A DNA stretch of 64,000 nt, taken from IMG/VR virus record IMGVR_UViG_3300029998_000015; one strand, written 5' to 3'. A program made the translations under genes and the position numbers. Source of the DNA: an uncultured virus (IMG/VR IMGVR_UViG_3300029998_000015). Its lineage: Duplodnaviria; Heunggongvirae; Uroviricota; Caudoviricetes. Shown here one piece after another: positions 10,229 through 21,771 of the stretch (positions within the stretch are counted from its first letter, which is position 1; the number at the start of each line of letters is the position of its first letter). A model generated the notes under the pieces. It had not been told where the DNA came from and made no database searches. It saw nothing but the letters and a program-made list of their open reading frames with translations.

Positions 10229-10836
10229 TGAAACAAATTGAAGAATATACTGATATAGTTATATTACCTACTATTGGTAAGTCTTATGTGCATACTGACA
10301 TAAATAATAATTATTTTGCATCAAAGAGATATCTTGATGTTAAAAATAATAATTTTAATATGTATGTTTTAGATGATGAATCTGATGTAGTACCAGGTGA
10401 TTGGATTTATTCATATTATCCAAGCACAGCCAATATAATAGCAAAGGTTCTAAGATTAGATATAATAGGAAATCATGTCGAATATATAGTAGATATTAGA
10501 GGTAAAGAGTTTTATTGGGGTAAAGATGATTCAAGTAAAATTATTGGTAGTAGTGATAAAAATATTATAACTAAAAATAGTATAGTTGAATTAAATCATT
10601 TATTTATGTCTGTTTATTTTTTAAGTATTAAAGAAAATAAGAAGAAAGAAGAAGAAAAAATAAAAAAAGAAATTGACATAAAAATTTCAAATAAAAATAT
10701 TGATATCGAATCTGAAAATAATATTCTTAAATATTCTACTACTGATGTATATTATATCATAAAAGATTTGATTAATTCATCTCATTACAAGCAAGTAGAA
10801 TATTTAAGTAAATTTAAAACTGACAATAATATTTGA
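10225..10836 (+). CDS. Hypothetical phage protein
   Basis: 203-aa ORF, ATGA-coupled. Confidence 0.65.
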   Translation: MMKQIEEYTDIVILPTIGKSYVHTDINNNYFASKRYLDVKNNNFNMYVLDDESDVVPGDWIYSYYPSTANIIAKVLRLDIIGNHVEYIVDIRGKEFYWGKDDSSKIIGSSDKNIITKNSIVELNHLFMSVYFLSIKENKKKEEEKIKKEIDIKISNKNIDIESENNILKYSTTDVYYIIKDLINSSHYKQVEYLSKFKTDNNI

Positions 10837-10837
10837 T

Positions 10838-11269
10838 ATGTCAACAGATGATTTAAGAAATTGGTTATTAGACAAATTGTTGTCATGTTATCCAGTGGTT
10901 AGTGAAAATTTATATCATCAAATTTATTGGTATTATGATGAATCTTATATAAGGAAAAATAAATTATTAAAATTGAATAATATTTCTAATGATGATTTAT
11001 TAAATCATAAAATAAATGGAGAATGTTTATTCATTCAAGATACAGACAATAAATTCATTTGGTGTGATCATAAATATATTTGGAATTTTTTAGAATCGAA
11101 TTATAATGAAAATGAGTATAAGATAAATATATTAATTGAGAAAATATTAATCAATAAGAAGGAATTTAATGATTATAATTATTTTGGTTATTATGATCAT
11201 GAGATGAATAAAATTCTATTATTAAAATCATTCAAAGAATTAAAAATAATTGATTATTCAATTAGATAA
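10838..11269 (+). CDS. Hypothetical protein (paralog of 30993..31490)
   Basis: KLxSCYPV...IxWxYDExxIRKNKxxKLNN shared. Confidence 0.7.
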   Translation: MSTDDLRNWLLDKLLSCYPVVSENLYHQIYWYYDESYIRKNKLLKLNNISNDDLLNHKINGECLFIQDTDNKFIWCDHKYIWNFLESNYNENEYKINILIEKILINKKEFNDYNYFGYYDHEMNKILLLKSFKELKIIDYSIR

Positions 11270-11301
11270 AAAAGAGAGCAAATAATTTGCTCTCTTTTTT
11301 T
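11268..11301 (+). terminator. Intrinsic terminator
   Basis: aaagagagcaaat-a-atttgctctcttt. Confidence 0.85.
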
Positions 11302-11352
11302 ATTCATTTTTTCAATTTTATTATTTAATATATACAATAAAAATAATAATAA

Positions 11353-13248
<1,896 letters not shown>

Positions 13249-13249
13249 C

Positions 13250-13287
13250 AAAAAAAAAGAGAGCAAATTAATTTGCTCTCTTTTTTT
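13250..13287. terminator. Bidirectional intrinsic terminator at convergent junction
   Basis: A-tract-gagagcaaat/atttgctctc-T-tract. Confidence 0.85.
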
Positions 13288-13444
13288 AATCATTTTTATT
13301 TCGAAAAAAAGTCAATATCCTTCTTCTTCTTCATTATGATTATTTTTATTATTGTGATCCTCTTTTGTAAGGGACCACAAATAAATAAACATTACAATAC
13401 TACTTACTTCTTGTAATTTTTTTAAATTAAATTCATTGTTCATT

Positions 13445-13744
13445 TTATTGTTCTATTAGTTTATCCATTAATTCATATGATTTATTAAAGTCTTCAAATA
13501 TATCATCTATGTCTTCACCAGTTGAAATTCCATCAAGGAAGAACTCAGTTTCAATATTATACTTATAAGATAAATGTTTAACAGTTGATACAAAGTCTGG
13601 ACTATTTGAATATGCAATACCATCTGATTTATCTTTCAAATTTCTAACTAAAAATTCAGCATTTATTACTTCAGTTAAAGGATGACGTTGTTTATCACAC
13701 AAATCTTCGATTGTTACTCCACAATATATTTTTAGTTTTTTCAT
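13445..13744 (-). CDS. Hypothetical protein
   Basis: 99-aa ORF in coupled operon. Confidence 0.65.
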   Translation of the reverse strand: MKKLKIYCGVTIEDLCDKQRHPLTEVINAEFLVRNLKDKSDGIAYSNSPDFVSTVKHLSYKYNIETEFFLDGISTGEDIDDIFEDFNKSYELMDKLIEQ

Positions 13745-14259
13745 ACTTTTTCTGTTCGTTTAATTTTAAATTTCTTTAAAAAGTTTCTTCTTTCAAAGTA
13801 CTCCATGTTTGAAACTTCAGTGTAACATTTCTTTTGTACTTCTTCTGTTAATGTTTTAATATTAATTTTCTTTATTTCTTCTGATTTTTCAATTGATTTA
13901 TTAAACAATTTTTCAGAAAAACTAGAAAGTATTCTATTGATTTGTCTATGTAAAGGTTGATCTAATTTTATATTAACTGGGTCAATATAATTATAAGGAG
14001 TAGTACGATCATTATAATTACGTTCACGATTATAATCCTCAAAAATAATTTTAATTTTCATTGGATCAATAGAAGGAGGATTATTTTTTATTTTCATTTT
14101 TAACTCGTAAATTTCATTACGTAGTTTTGTTTCTTCCTCCTGATATAATTTTTTTTGTTCTTTTAGTGATAAATCAAATTCTTTTTTAGCAACATAATAA
14201 GGTTCTTTTAGTGCTTCTAAATCTTTGTTTTTTATTAAAACACAATCGTTTTCATTCAT
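13741..14259 (-). CDS. Hypothetical coiled-coil protein
   Basis: 172-aa ORF, charged helical. Confidence 0.65.
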   Translation of the reverse strand: MNENDCVLIKNKDLEALKEPYYVAKKEFDLSLKEQKKLYQEEETKLRNEIYELKMKIKNNPPSIDPMKIKIIFEDYNRERNYNDRTTPYNYIDPVNIKLDQPLHRQINRILSSFSEKLFNKSIEKSEEIKKINIKTLTEEVQKKCYTEVSNMEYFERRNFLKKFKIKRTEKV

Positions 14260-14262
14260 AAT

Positions 14263-14679
14263 TTATATAATTTTAAGTGCTTCTTTAAGTCCATATTCAA
14301 AGGCTTCTTCATATTTTCTATAAAGTGAAAATTCAAAATCTTTGTGATGATACCAGCACCATTCTTTTTCAGTTAAGTCCAATGGATTACCAATAAATTT
14401 ATCGATACTAAAGCAAAATTTAGGAGCTGTTGTACAATCAGTATCAATCTCTAAAAAAATCTGTTTTTGTTTTCTTAGCCAAGATTGTAGTTCTGATTGT
14501 GTAGGTCTTGCATATATATTTGGATGTTCAAATCTACTTTCAAATATTGAGTCTTCTTTGTTTTCTTCGCTGAAAATGCAATCAGTAAGGTCTTCGAAAT
14601 AATATTTACTTGGTATGTTATAGCCTTTTTTCTTTGCTAAATTTGCGGTCTCAAATGTTATTAATTCTTCTTTTTCCAT
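14263..14679 (-). CDS. Conserved-type Bacteroidota phage protein
   Basis: ITFETAxLAKxKG...PTQSELQSWLR...YEEAFEYGL pattern. Confidence 0.6.
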   Translation of the reverse strand: MEKEELITFETANLAKKKGYNIPSKYYFEDLTDCIFSEENKEDSIFESRFEHPNIYARPTQSELQSWLRKQKQIFLEIDTDCTTAPKFCFSIDKFIGNPLDLTEKEWCWYHHKDFEFSLYRKYEEAFEYGLKEALKII

Positions 14680-14684
14680 TATTT

Positions 14685-14915
14685 TTATATTAAATCTTTT
14701 TCGTGTATTGTATATATACTATATCCAGTTTCATCATCATATGGAATATAATATTCTTTTTCATAAGTAGGTAATTTTATCAATTCTTTTTCATCAAAAT
14801 ATATTATATTATTTTTGATGTGATAATTGACAGTTATGATATCAAGTCTATTTTTTACTTTTTCAAAAACTCCATTTTTAACCATTTCAGATGTAAAAAT
14901 TTTTCCTTTCCGCAT
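14685..14915 (-). CDS. Hypothetical protein
   Basis: 76-aa ORF in operon. Confidence 0.55.
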   Translation of the reverse strand: MRKGKIFTSEMVKNGVFEKVKNRLDIITVNYHIKNNIIYFDEKELIKLPTYEKEYYIPYDDETGYSIYTIHEKDLI

Positions 14916-15072
14916 ATTTATTTTAAATTGTATGTATGATTTCCAGAATTAATTAATCTAACAACTTGAATTAATGAATAACTCATAAATCTCATAAAAG
15001 GTATCACATAACCTCTATCGTCTTTTAAATCAACTTTATTATTAATAATATAATTGATGTCTAACAAACTTG

Positions 15073-15321
15073 TTATTTTTTGCATATATTTTCTATTTCT
15101 TTAATTTTACTTAAAAATGCTTGTTCAGCGTTCAATCCAGAATTTTTCATGAAAATAAATAAATCTTTATTTTCATCTGTGATATATTTATCTGGAATTT
15201 TATATTTGTTTTTGAATTTAATCCAATCACTATTAGATTTAATATAATTATCAAATGCATCAACTGATTTTTTATAATTGAAATTTATAGGGAAAACAGA
15301 ATTTACTTTTTTTGCTTTCAT
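15073..15321 (-). CDS. Hypothetical protein
   Basis: 82-aa ORF downstream of a near-consensus -7 element (15374-15381). Confidence 0.55.
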   Translation of the reverse strand: MKAKKVNSVFPINFNYKKSVDAFDNYIKSNSDWIKFKNKYKIPDKYITDENKDLFIFMKNSGLNAEQAFLSKIKEIENICKK

Positions 15322-15449
15322 ATTATAAAGATTTGATAATTTATACTAGATAAAAAACGATTTTGATATATTACGAAGATAGTAAATAGTTATCATATAA
15401 AGAAAAATAAATAGTTAAATATTTCTATTTATCTATTTATTTAATATTT

Positions 15450-15653
15450 TTATAACTCATAAACTAATCCATCAATAACCTCAACTCGAACCTTACAGTT
15501 CATCCCTCTCACTCCATTGATAGTTGGAATGATTGCTAATATATCATCTGACACATCTTCATTTGATAATATTTCTAACTCATATCCACTCCAAAGAGCA
15601 TTGTACTCTCCATTTTTAATATCTACATTTCTTTTTGATAAACTGTTTTTCAT
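15450..15653 (-). CDS. Small protein (paralog of 15663..15860)
   Basis: GxYNAxW...ILSN...VExIxGxV shared. Confidence 0.65.
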   Translation of the reverse strand: MKNSLSKRNVDIKNGEYNALWSGYELEILSNEDVSDDILAIIPTINGVRGMNCKVRVEVIDGLVYEL

Positions 15654-15662
15654 ATTTATTTT

Positions 15663-15860
15663 TTATTTATAGTAAAAACTCACAATACCTTTTATTATCT
15701 CAACTTTTTCTTTTTGAAGATTATCACCAATTATTCTCATAATAGATTTAATTGTAACTAATTCTTTATTATCATTAGATAATATAGTTAAATTATCTGA
15801 TATCCAAATAGCATTATAAATACCATCGTCTATTTTAACTTTTGTTTTTGATGCTGCCAT
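15663..15860 (-). CDS. Small protein (paralog of 15450..15653)
   Basis: GIYNAIW motif. Confidence 0.65.
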   Translation of the reverse strand: MAASKTKVKIDDGIYNAIWISDNLTILSNDNKELVTIKSIMRIIGDNLQKEKVEIIKGIVSFYYK

Positions 15861-15862
15861 TA

Positions 15863-16045
15863 TTATTTTATTTTAGAAAACACATTTCTATTATAACCAA
15901 TACATAAATTCATATATTCGCCAAACCACCAAAATTCAAAATTGTGCTCAAAATGTTTATCTTCTACGTTTAGATGTTTTAGCCAAATCAATTCATTATC
16001 TTCTGTCAATAATGGAAACCATGCAAATGTTTTATCTTTTTTCAT
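15863..16045 (-). CDS. Small hypothetical protein
   Basis: FAWFP...IWL pattern typical of small phage ORFs. Confidence 0.55.
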   Translation of the reverse strand: MKKDKTFAWFPLLTEDNELIWLKHLNVEDKHFEHNFEFWWFGEYMNLCIGYNRNVFSKIK

Positions 16046-16169
16046 TTAATTTATTTAATTTTTCTTTCCTATCTTTATTACGGAAATGTTTATTCATTTT
16101 CCTTGTAAATTCTTCTAAGATTTTTTTATCAATATCTGGAACTCCATTTATTTTTTTACTAATCAGCAT
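16032..16169 (-). CDS. 45-aa mini-ORF with RKxKL C-tag (not in ORF track)
   Basis: Hand translation MLISKK...DRKEKLNKLNEKR*. Confidence 0.6.
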   Translation of the reverse strand: MLISKKINGVPDIDKKILEEFTRKMNKHFRNKDRKEKLNKLNEKR

Positions 16170-16282
16170 AACTTATCATTTAGTTTTTGTAATTTATTTT
16201 TTCTGATATTATTGACAAATTTCTTGTGAAGTTTAATTGCCAATTCTCTTAATAATTTTATTTGATCTGTAGTTTCTGACAT
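16163..16282 (-). CDS. 39-aa mini-ORF with RKxKL C-tag (not in ORF track)
   Basis: Hand translation MSETTDQ...IRKNKLQKLNDKLC*. Confidence 0.6.
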   Translation of the reverse strand: MSETTDQIKLLRELAIKLHKKFVNNIRKNKLQKLNDKLC

Positions 16283-16284
16283 TA

Positions 16285-16533
16285 TTATATGTTATTCAAA
16301 GTTTCTATTTTTTGTTTTATTAATTCTCTATAATGATATTTATTTGCTTTTTTATACATTTTAATTCCATAATCACTTCTCTTATACCATTTAATAAATT
16401 GATTTTGTGTTGGTATTTTCTCTTCATAATAATTTTCAGAATGAAAATCTTGAATACAGAAGAAATATGCTAAATCATCTAATAAAGTTGAAACATTATA
16501 ATCCCATATTCCAAATTGTTTATCAATTACCAT
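16285..16533 (-). CDS. DxIAY-family small protein
   Basis: IDKxxGxW...LDDLAY...YKKA; variant C-tag IKQKIETL. Confidence 0.65.
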   Translation of the reverse strand: MVIDKQFGIWDYNVSTLLDDLAYFFCIQDFHSENYYEEKIPTQNQFIKWYKRSDYGIKMYKKANKYHYRELIKQKIETLNNI

Positions 16534-16534
16534 A

Positions 16535-16831
16535 TTATTTCATATATGAAAACCTAAACAATCCTTTTTCATTAATGGTAAATGATTCAATTATTTTCAT
16601 ATCTTCATCTGATTTTTTAGTTTCATATGACCATTTACCGCCATCATCAAATACAAATTCATTTTCTGTTGTTGAATCTAATCTTTCAGTTAGACGATCA
16701 TTTTCTTTGCTAATTTTAAGAAGTTCTTTAAAATACTCATCTCTAACTTCTGGTGTTGTGAAGATCGTTTCATCTGGGGTTTGTTCATCTCCATATCTAT
16801 ATGATATTTCGTAAATTTTATATACTTTCAT
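16535..16831 (-). CDS. Hypothetical protein
   Basis: 98-aa ORF in coupled array. Confidence 0.6.
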   Translation of the reverse strand: MKVYKIYEISYRYGDEQTPDETIFTTPEVRDEYFKELLKISKENDRLTERLDSTTENEFVFDDGGKWSYETKKSDEDMKIIESFTINEKGLFRFSYMK

Positions 16832-18623
16832 ATTCTTTAAGTTTATCTATTTTTTGTTTTCTTTCAGTTTTAATATCTAATTTGAATCGTTTAATTTTAT
16901 ATCTCAAATCGGAATTTCCTACTAATGATAAGTAATATTTATTAAATTTTACACTGAAATGAATTTGTTTAATTTTATATTTTTTACCAAATTCTAATAT
17001 TGTATTGTTATTATTAATTACAACTACATCATCACCAATTTTCAAATATTCAATTTTTATTTTTGACATAAGATTTCAATTTTTTTCTTTCTTGATGTTT
17101 TTAAATCAAAATCAAATCTATAACTGAAATATTTTTGTTCACCAGACTCTATGAATGTTAAATAATGATTATGTTCAGGAATATTATCTAATGATTCTCT
17201 ATGAAAAACTCCACTAATTGTATATTTTTTAGTCAGAATTAAATTGTTATTACTATCATCAATAACAATAACTTTATCTCCAATTTTAAAAGATTTTATT
17301 TTTTGCATAGTTGTTTAAGTTTTTTATTTCTTGATGTTTTCAAATCATATTTAAATCTATACGGAAAATATATAATTAATGCAGTTTCTTTAAGTCTTAC
17401 ACAAAAATTATAGTCATCAAAATCAGAGTTATTATAAATAATTTCACTAATTGTATATTTTTTATTTAATGTCAATAAAGAATGAGTGACATCAGTAGCA
17501 ATTACTTTATCACCAATTTTTGATGTTTTGAGGTTAATCATTTGATATTTTATTTAATTTTTCCTTTCGGATGTAGTTTAAATCAATATCAAATCTAAAA
17601 TCATAATATAACTTATTACCAGTCTCAATCAATCTAATTCGGTCATTACATGAATTATCACAAACATCAATATAACTAATTGTGTATTTTTTATTTAATA
17701 TTAATTCAGAAAAATTAACATTGACTGCAATTACTTTATTTCCTATTTTTAATTTTTTAATGTCAATCATGATTTGATATTTTATTTAATTTTTCCATCC
17801 TGATTGATTTAATATCAGAATTAAATCTATCTATTAAATATCTAGTATCTCTCATTTTGAAAAGTTTAAATTGATATACATTAAATTCTTCTATGTGAAC
17901 AATTTCTTTGATTTTATATATTTTACCAATTTCTAAATTGCTCATATCAGTAGAAACTGCAACAACTTCAGAATTGACTTGTATATTTTTAATATCAATT
18001 GGTTTTAGCATTTATTTATTTTTTCTAATTTATTTTTTCTAATATCATTCAAATCAATATCAAATCTACTAATTAAAAATCCTTCATCTCCCATATGATA
18101 TAATTTAAAATAGTATTGCTCTATACTATGAAAATAATCAATTTCTTTAATATAATATTTTTTATTTAATTCTAAACTAGTGTTACCTATATTAACTGCA
18201 ATAACAGTATCATTAATATGAATATTTTTAATGTCTATATTTTGTATCATTTATTTAGTTTTTCTAATTTATGCTTTCTAATTTCAGATGCTGTTATAAA
18301 ATTAGGAATATAATTAAACATACCTGGAATTTCTTGAGTGAAAAAGAAATTAGGATCATCAAGTACATAAGAATCAAATGTAACAATCTTATTATCGTCA
18401 TATCTGTACCTTAATACATCTCCTTTTCTTAACATTTACTCAGTTTTTTAAGTTTCTGTTTTCTAAATTCTGATAATGTAATGCAATTATCTACATAATG
18501 AAAATATTCATCTTCATATATAAAAAAATAATGGGATAATATATTATTAGCACTATATTTTTTAAATGTAAAAACTTCATTGCTAAATGACTTATCAATA
18601 ATTTTATCTCCTAAATTGAACAT
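16818..18623 (-). other. Tandem array of 8 paralogous SH3/KOW-like small ORFs with RKxKL C-tag (16818-17069, 17057-17308, 17296-17541, 17534-17770, 17763-18011, 18005-18250, 18247-18435, 18429-18623)
   Basis: KIGDxV...LxxxKxYxI...RF.xD.xxxRKxK[LI] pattern; overlapping start/stop codons. Confidence 0.85.
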
Positions 18624-18729
18624 TACTCAGTTTTTTAAGTTTCTGTTTTCTTTTTTTATTCTTCAGCATTAAACAGTAATATTTTAAAGTCTGTACTGCA
18701 TTCAGAACAATTTTACTTTCAGTTTTCAT
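18604..18729 (-). CDS. 41-aa mini-ORF with RKQKLKKL tag (not in ORF track)
   Basis: Hand translation MKTESK...KRKQKLKKLSNVQFRR*. Confidence 0.55.
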   Translation of the reverse strand: MKTESKIVLNAVQTLKYYCLMLKNKKRKQKLKKLSNVQFRR

Positions 18730-18856
18730 TACAGTTTTTAATATTTAAAAGCTTCTGTTTTCTTAACATCATATTAATCTTAAATTTTATTTCAGATTCT
18801 GTAGATTTAGATAGTTGCCTAATATGAACATATGGTTTATTATAGTTTATAATCAT
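18719..18856 (-). CDS. 45-aa mini-ORF with RKQKLLNI tag (not in ORF track)
   Basis: Hand translation MIINYNKP...LRKQKLLNIKNCNEN*; ATGA-coupled to 18853 stop. Confidence 0.6.
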   Translation of the reverse strand: MIINYNKPYVHIRQLSKSTESEIKFKINMMLRKQKLLNIKNCNEN

Positions 18857-19224
18857 AATATTATATTTAGTTCAGATAAAATTTGCTCTTTTGTTGCCCA
18901 TTTTTTCAATCCTAAAATAGTGCAAATATCTTCTTTTGTAGCCAAATCTAATGATGGATATTCATTTTTGTTAAATACCTTATAACCCCTTATTTTCAAT
19001 TCATTTAACATTTCATCATCAGTCAAGTCATATAATATCTCTGAATCATAATCACTCAATTCTAAATCTATTTCTGTATATAAAATACTTCTATCTTTAA
19101 CGTAAATATCAGATTCTTTGCGTTTTTTCAATTCATATTCTATATCATCAGTGCCTAATGATTTTAAAATTTTTTGCTTATGATTAAATAAATCAAGTTC
19201 AAATCTAATCCAACAATAATTCAT
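18853..19224 (-). CDS. Hypothetical protein
   Basis: 123-aa ORF with repeated LxxDxxxxELKxR helices. Confidence 0.6.
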   Translation of the reverse strand: MNYCWIRFELDLFNHKQKILKSLGTDDIEYELKKRKESDIYVKDRSILYTEIDLELSDYDSEILYDLTDDEMLNELKIRGYKVFNKNEYPSLDLATKEDICTILGLKKWATKEQILSELNIIL

Positions 19225-19238
19225 ATTTTTAATATTTT

Positions 19239-19448
19239 TTATGGTTCATAAATACCATAACCATTAATATAACACTTCTTTTTAATAGTTGTTAATTTTA
19301 CCTTTATTGCATCATCATTTAAAGGCTTAATTGATATTATAATTAAGCCGTCATCAAATGATGATGCTGATGAAATTGTTTCTTTATTATGTACAACACT
19401 GTGCATATAAACATATTCAGGAATATTTAAACTATTAGTTGTTATCAT
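19239..19448 (-). CDS. Small protein (paralog of the C-terminal part of 19452..19838)
   Basis: NIPEYVY...IKxKCxINGYGxYxP. Confidence 0.65.
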   Translation of the reverse strand: MITTNSLNIPEYVYMHSVVHNKETISSASSFDDGLIIISIKPLNDDAIKVKLTTIKKKCYINGYGIYEP

Positions 19449-19451
19449 ATA

Positions 19452-19838
19452 TTAAGAGTTATTAGGATCATAATATCCATAACCATTTATATTACATTTT
19501 TCCTTTATGTTGGTTATTTTTATTTTTTCAGACTTATCTGATAAAGGCTCTGTTGAATAATATTCATTTTTATAAACATATTCAGGAATATTTTTTCTGA
19601 ATTCTTCATATTTATTATCATAATGATGTTTTAAAAAATAAAAAACCAAACAAGATAATACAGGAATAATAAGCATTGACAATTGAATAATAATTGAATC
19701 TGTGATATAATTCATTGAATTTAATTGAATATGTTTAAAATCAAGAATATATGTGACAATAATCGCAAACAATGACATCAATTGAAAAGTTTCAATAACT
19801 TTTAAATACATCTTTAAATCTTCTTTTTTGATTTTCAT
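19452..19838 (-). CDS. Membrane protein, 2 TM plus NIPEYVY domain
   Basis: Hydrophobic segments; shares C-domain with 19239 ORF. Confidence 0.65.
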   Translation of the reverse strand: MKIKKEDLKMYLKVIETFQLMSLFAIIVTYILDFKHIQLNSMNYITDSIIIQLSMLIIPVLSCLVFYFLKHHYDNKYEEFRKNIPEYVYKNEYYSTEPLSDKSEKIKITNIKEKCNINGYGYYDPNNS

Positions 19839-19843
19839 AATTT

Positions 19844-20203
19844 TTATTTTAACAATTTCAATTTTAATAATCTTGAATATTTACTAATTTCTTTATTGTA
19901 TTCTTTTTTCTCACGTAGAGTAATATAATCTTTATATAATAAATCTTTATAATAAGATATTTTATTCTTATATAAATCTATACGTCTTAATGTTTTTATT
20001 TTTTTATAAAACAAAAAACATATTATATTAAAAATAAGAAATATAAAAATCCATTTTTCAGATAAATTATTATCATATAACATATCACCTAATACAAATT
20101 TAGATGGATTAGTTAAGGCAGACAATATAGCAACAATAAAAAAAAGAATCATTATACCAGAACCTATTACAGAAAAAATAGTACAAAGATGAAATATTGT
20201 CAT
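19844..20203 (-). CDS. Membrane protein with RLLKLKLL C-tag variant
   Basis: Two hydrophobic helices. Confidence 0.6.
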   Translation of the reverse strand: MTIFHLCTIFSVIGSGIMILFFIVAILSALTNPSKFVLGDMLYDNNLSEKWIFIFLIFNIICFLFYKKIKTLRRIDLYKNKISYYKDLLYKDYITLREKKEYNKEISKYSRLLKLKLLK

Positions 20204-20206
20204 AAA

Positions 20207-20548
20207 TTAAGCATTCATAACTTTCATAATATCTCTTAATACTGCAGCTTCTTCGTAATTTTCAATTTTAACTGCATCTAACATTTCTTTCTCAATGTGA
20301 TTAACTTTAGAGAACTCAGTAGAATTAGTCCAAGATTTACCACGACTATCTTGAACATCTCCACATCCACATTTTACCTGACGATATTTTGCAACACCTC
20401 CAATATTAATACACTGTGCTCCACATGTTGGACAATACATAGCATCCATAACAATGTATTTTTTACCTTCAATCCGTAATTGACTTTTAATGTTAGTTGT
20501 ATTTGATAAAGATACTACTTCATCACCAATGTTAAATTCTTTTTTCAT
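20207..20548 (-). CDS. KOW-like + Zn-ribbon + UVR (UvrB/C coiled-coil) protein
   Basis: IGDEVV; CPTC...CGC; EMLDAVKIENYEEAAVLRD matches the UVR consensus. Confidence 0.75.
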   Translation of the reverse strand: MKKEFNIGDEVVSLSNTTNIKSQLRIEGKKYIVMDAMYCPTCGAQCINIGGVAKYRQVKCGCGDVQDSRGKSWTNSTEFSKVNHIEKEMLDAVKIENYEEAAVLRDIMKVMNA

Positions 20549-20562
20549 ATTTTAAATTTTTT

Positions 20563-20898
20563 TTAAATTATATTAATGTCTCTTAATAATGATGATAATT
20601 CGTAATTTTCTGTTTTTATTGATTCTGATAGTGCTTCTTTAATATTATCAACGTTCGCAAAATGAAAAGAATCTGTCCAATATTTACCTTTACTCAATGA
20701 AATATTTCCACAACTACATTCAGATTTTTCAAGAGTTGTAAATACTCCAATATTAATTGATTGAATTCCACACTTAGAACAATATGTATAATCAAGAACA
20801 GTATACACTGTTCCTTTCACTCTATTTTGACACAAATTATTTAATGGATTTGTTAATGCAACAACTTTATCTCCTATGCTATGTCTAACTATATTCAT
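20563..20898 (-). CDS. KOW-like + Zn-ribbon + UVR protein (paralog)
   Basis: IGDKVV; CSKC...CSC; LSESIKTENYELSSLLRD. Confidence 0.7.
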   Translation of the reverse strand: MNIVRHSIGDKVVALTNPLNNLCQNRVKGTVYTVLDYTYCSKCGIQSINIGVFTTLEKSECSCGNISLSKGKYWTDSFHFANVDNIKEALSESIKTENYELSSLLRDINII

Positions 20899-20909
20899 AT
20901 TAATTAATA

Positions 20910-21746
20910 TTAATTAATATTAGATATATTCAATCTTTGATCCAAAGATTCAATTCCCCATTTAGATAAAATTTGTATTCCTCCAACAACGTATCTAAAA
21001 ACAATAGGATCCTTTGGTTCTACTGCATTTCTTGAGTCATAATATCCTTTAGTATTATCAAAAACCAAATTTTCAAGAATGAAATGAGATTTAGGAGCAG
21101 CAATAAATAGTTCATTACTACCAATTTTAACTATTTTTAACCCTCCTGTATCATATACATATGATTTTATTTTTATCGGACACATTTTTGCGATATCAAA
21201 TTCACTATAATCTGGACTATCAAACATATTATTATTTATCCAATTTTTTGCTTCTTCAGGTACTCCACGCCAATATGATGATATGACATACTTATAATAA
21301 TTTTCATATGAATCAGATTTCTTTAATGATTTTGCTGATTCAATTTCAATTAAATTCTGTTCTGGAACATCATTTTTATAATTTGAAACTGGTGCATAAA
21401 TCAAATTATATTTATCACAAATTTTATCAAATTCTTCAATTGGTAAGAATTTTAGATCTATATAAGTTTGTTTATAATGCTGAATAATTTTTGCTTCTTT
21501 TTCAGTCATATCAATAAATGCAATTTTTTTATCAGTTTCAACAACTTCAGTAGTATTGACAAAGCCTAATCTTTTAAGCCTCAGTACTTTATCTAAAAGT
21601 GAAGTTTTTATAGTATTCTCACTTAATATAGTTCTTGCTCTTTCTAATAATCTATCTTGAGCGGTGTCTATGGCTTCATGAATTTGTAATACAATTTTAT
21701 TTTGTTCTGCAATTTCATGCTGTAATGTAATTTCTTGTTCATTCAT
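20910..21746 (-). CDS. Hypothetical phage protein
   Basis: 278 aa; C-terminal KDPIV...GG...KWG.E pattern. Confidence 0.65.
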   Translation of the reverse strand: MNEQEITLQHEIAEQNKIVLQIHEAIDTAQDRLLERARTILSENTIKTSLLDKVLRLKRLGFVNTTEVVETDKKIAFIDMTEKEAKIIQHYKQTYIDLKFLPIEEFDKICDKYNLIYAPVSNYKNDVPEQNLIEIESAKSLKKSDSYENYYKYVISSYWRGVPEEAKNWINNNMFDSPDYSEFDIAKMCPIKIKSYVYDTGGLKIVKIGSNELFIAAPKSHFILENLVFDNTKGYYDSRNAVEPKDPIVFRYVVGGIQILSKWGIESLDQRLNISNIN

Positions 21747-21771
21747 ATTTTTAAATTTATTTTTAATTTTT

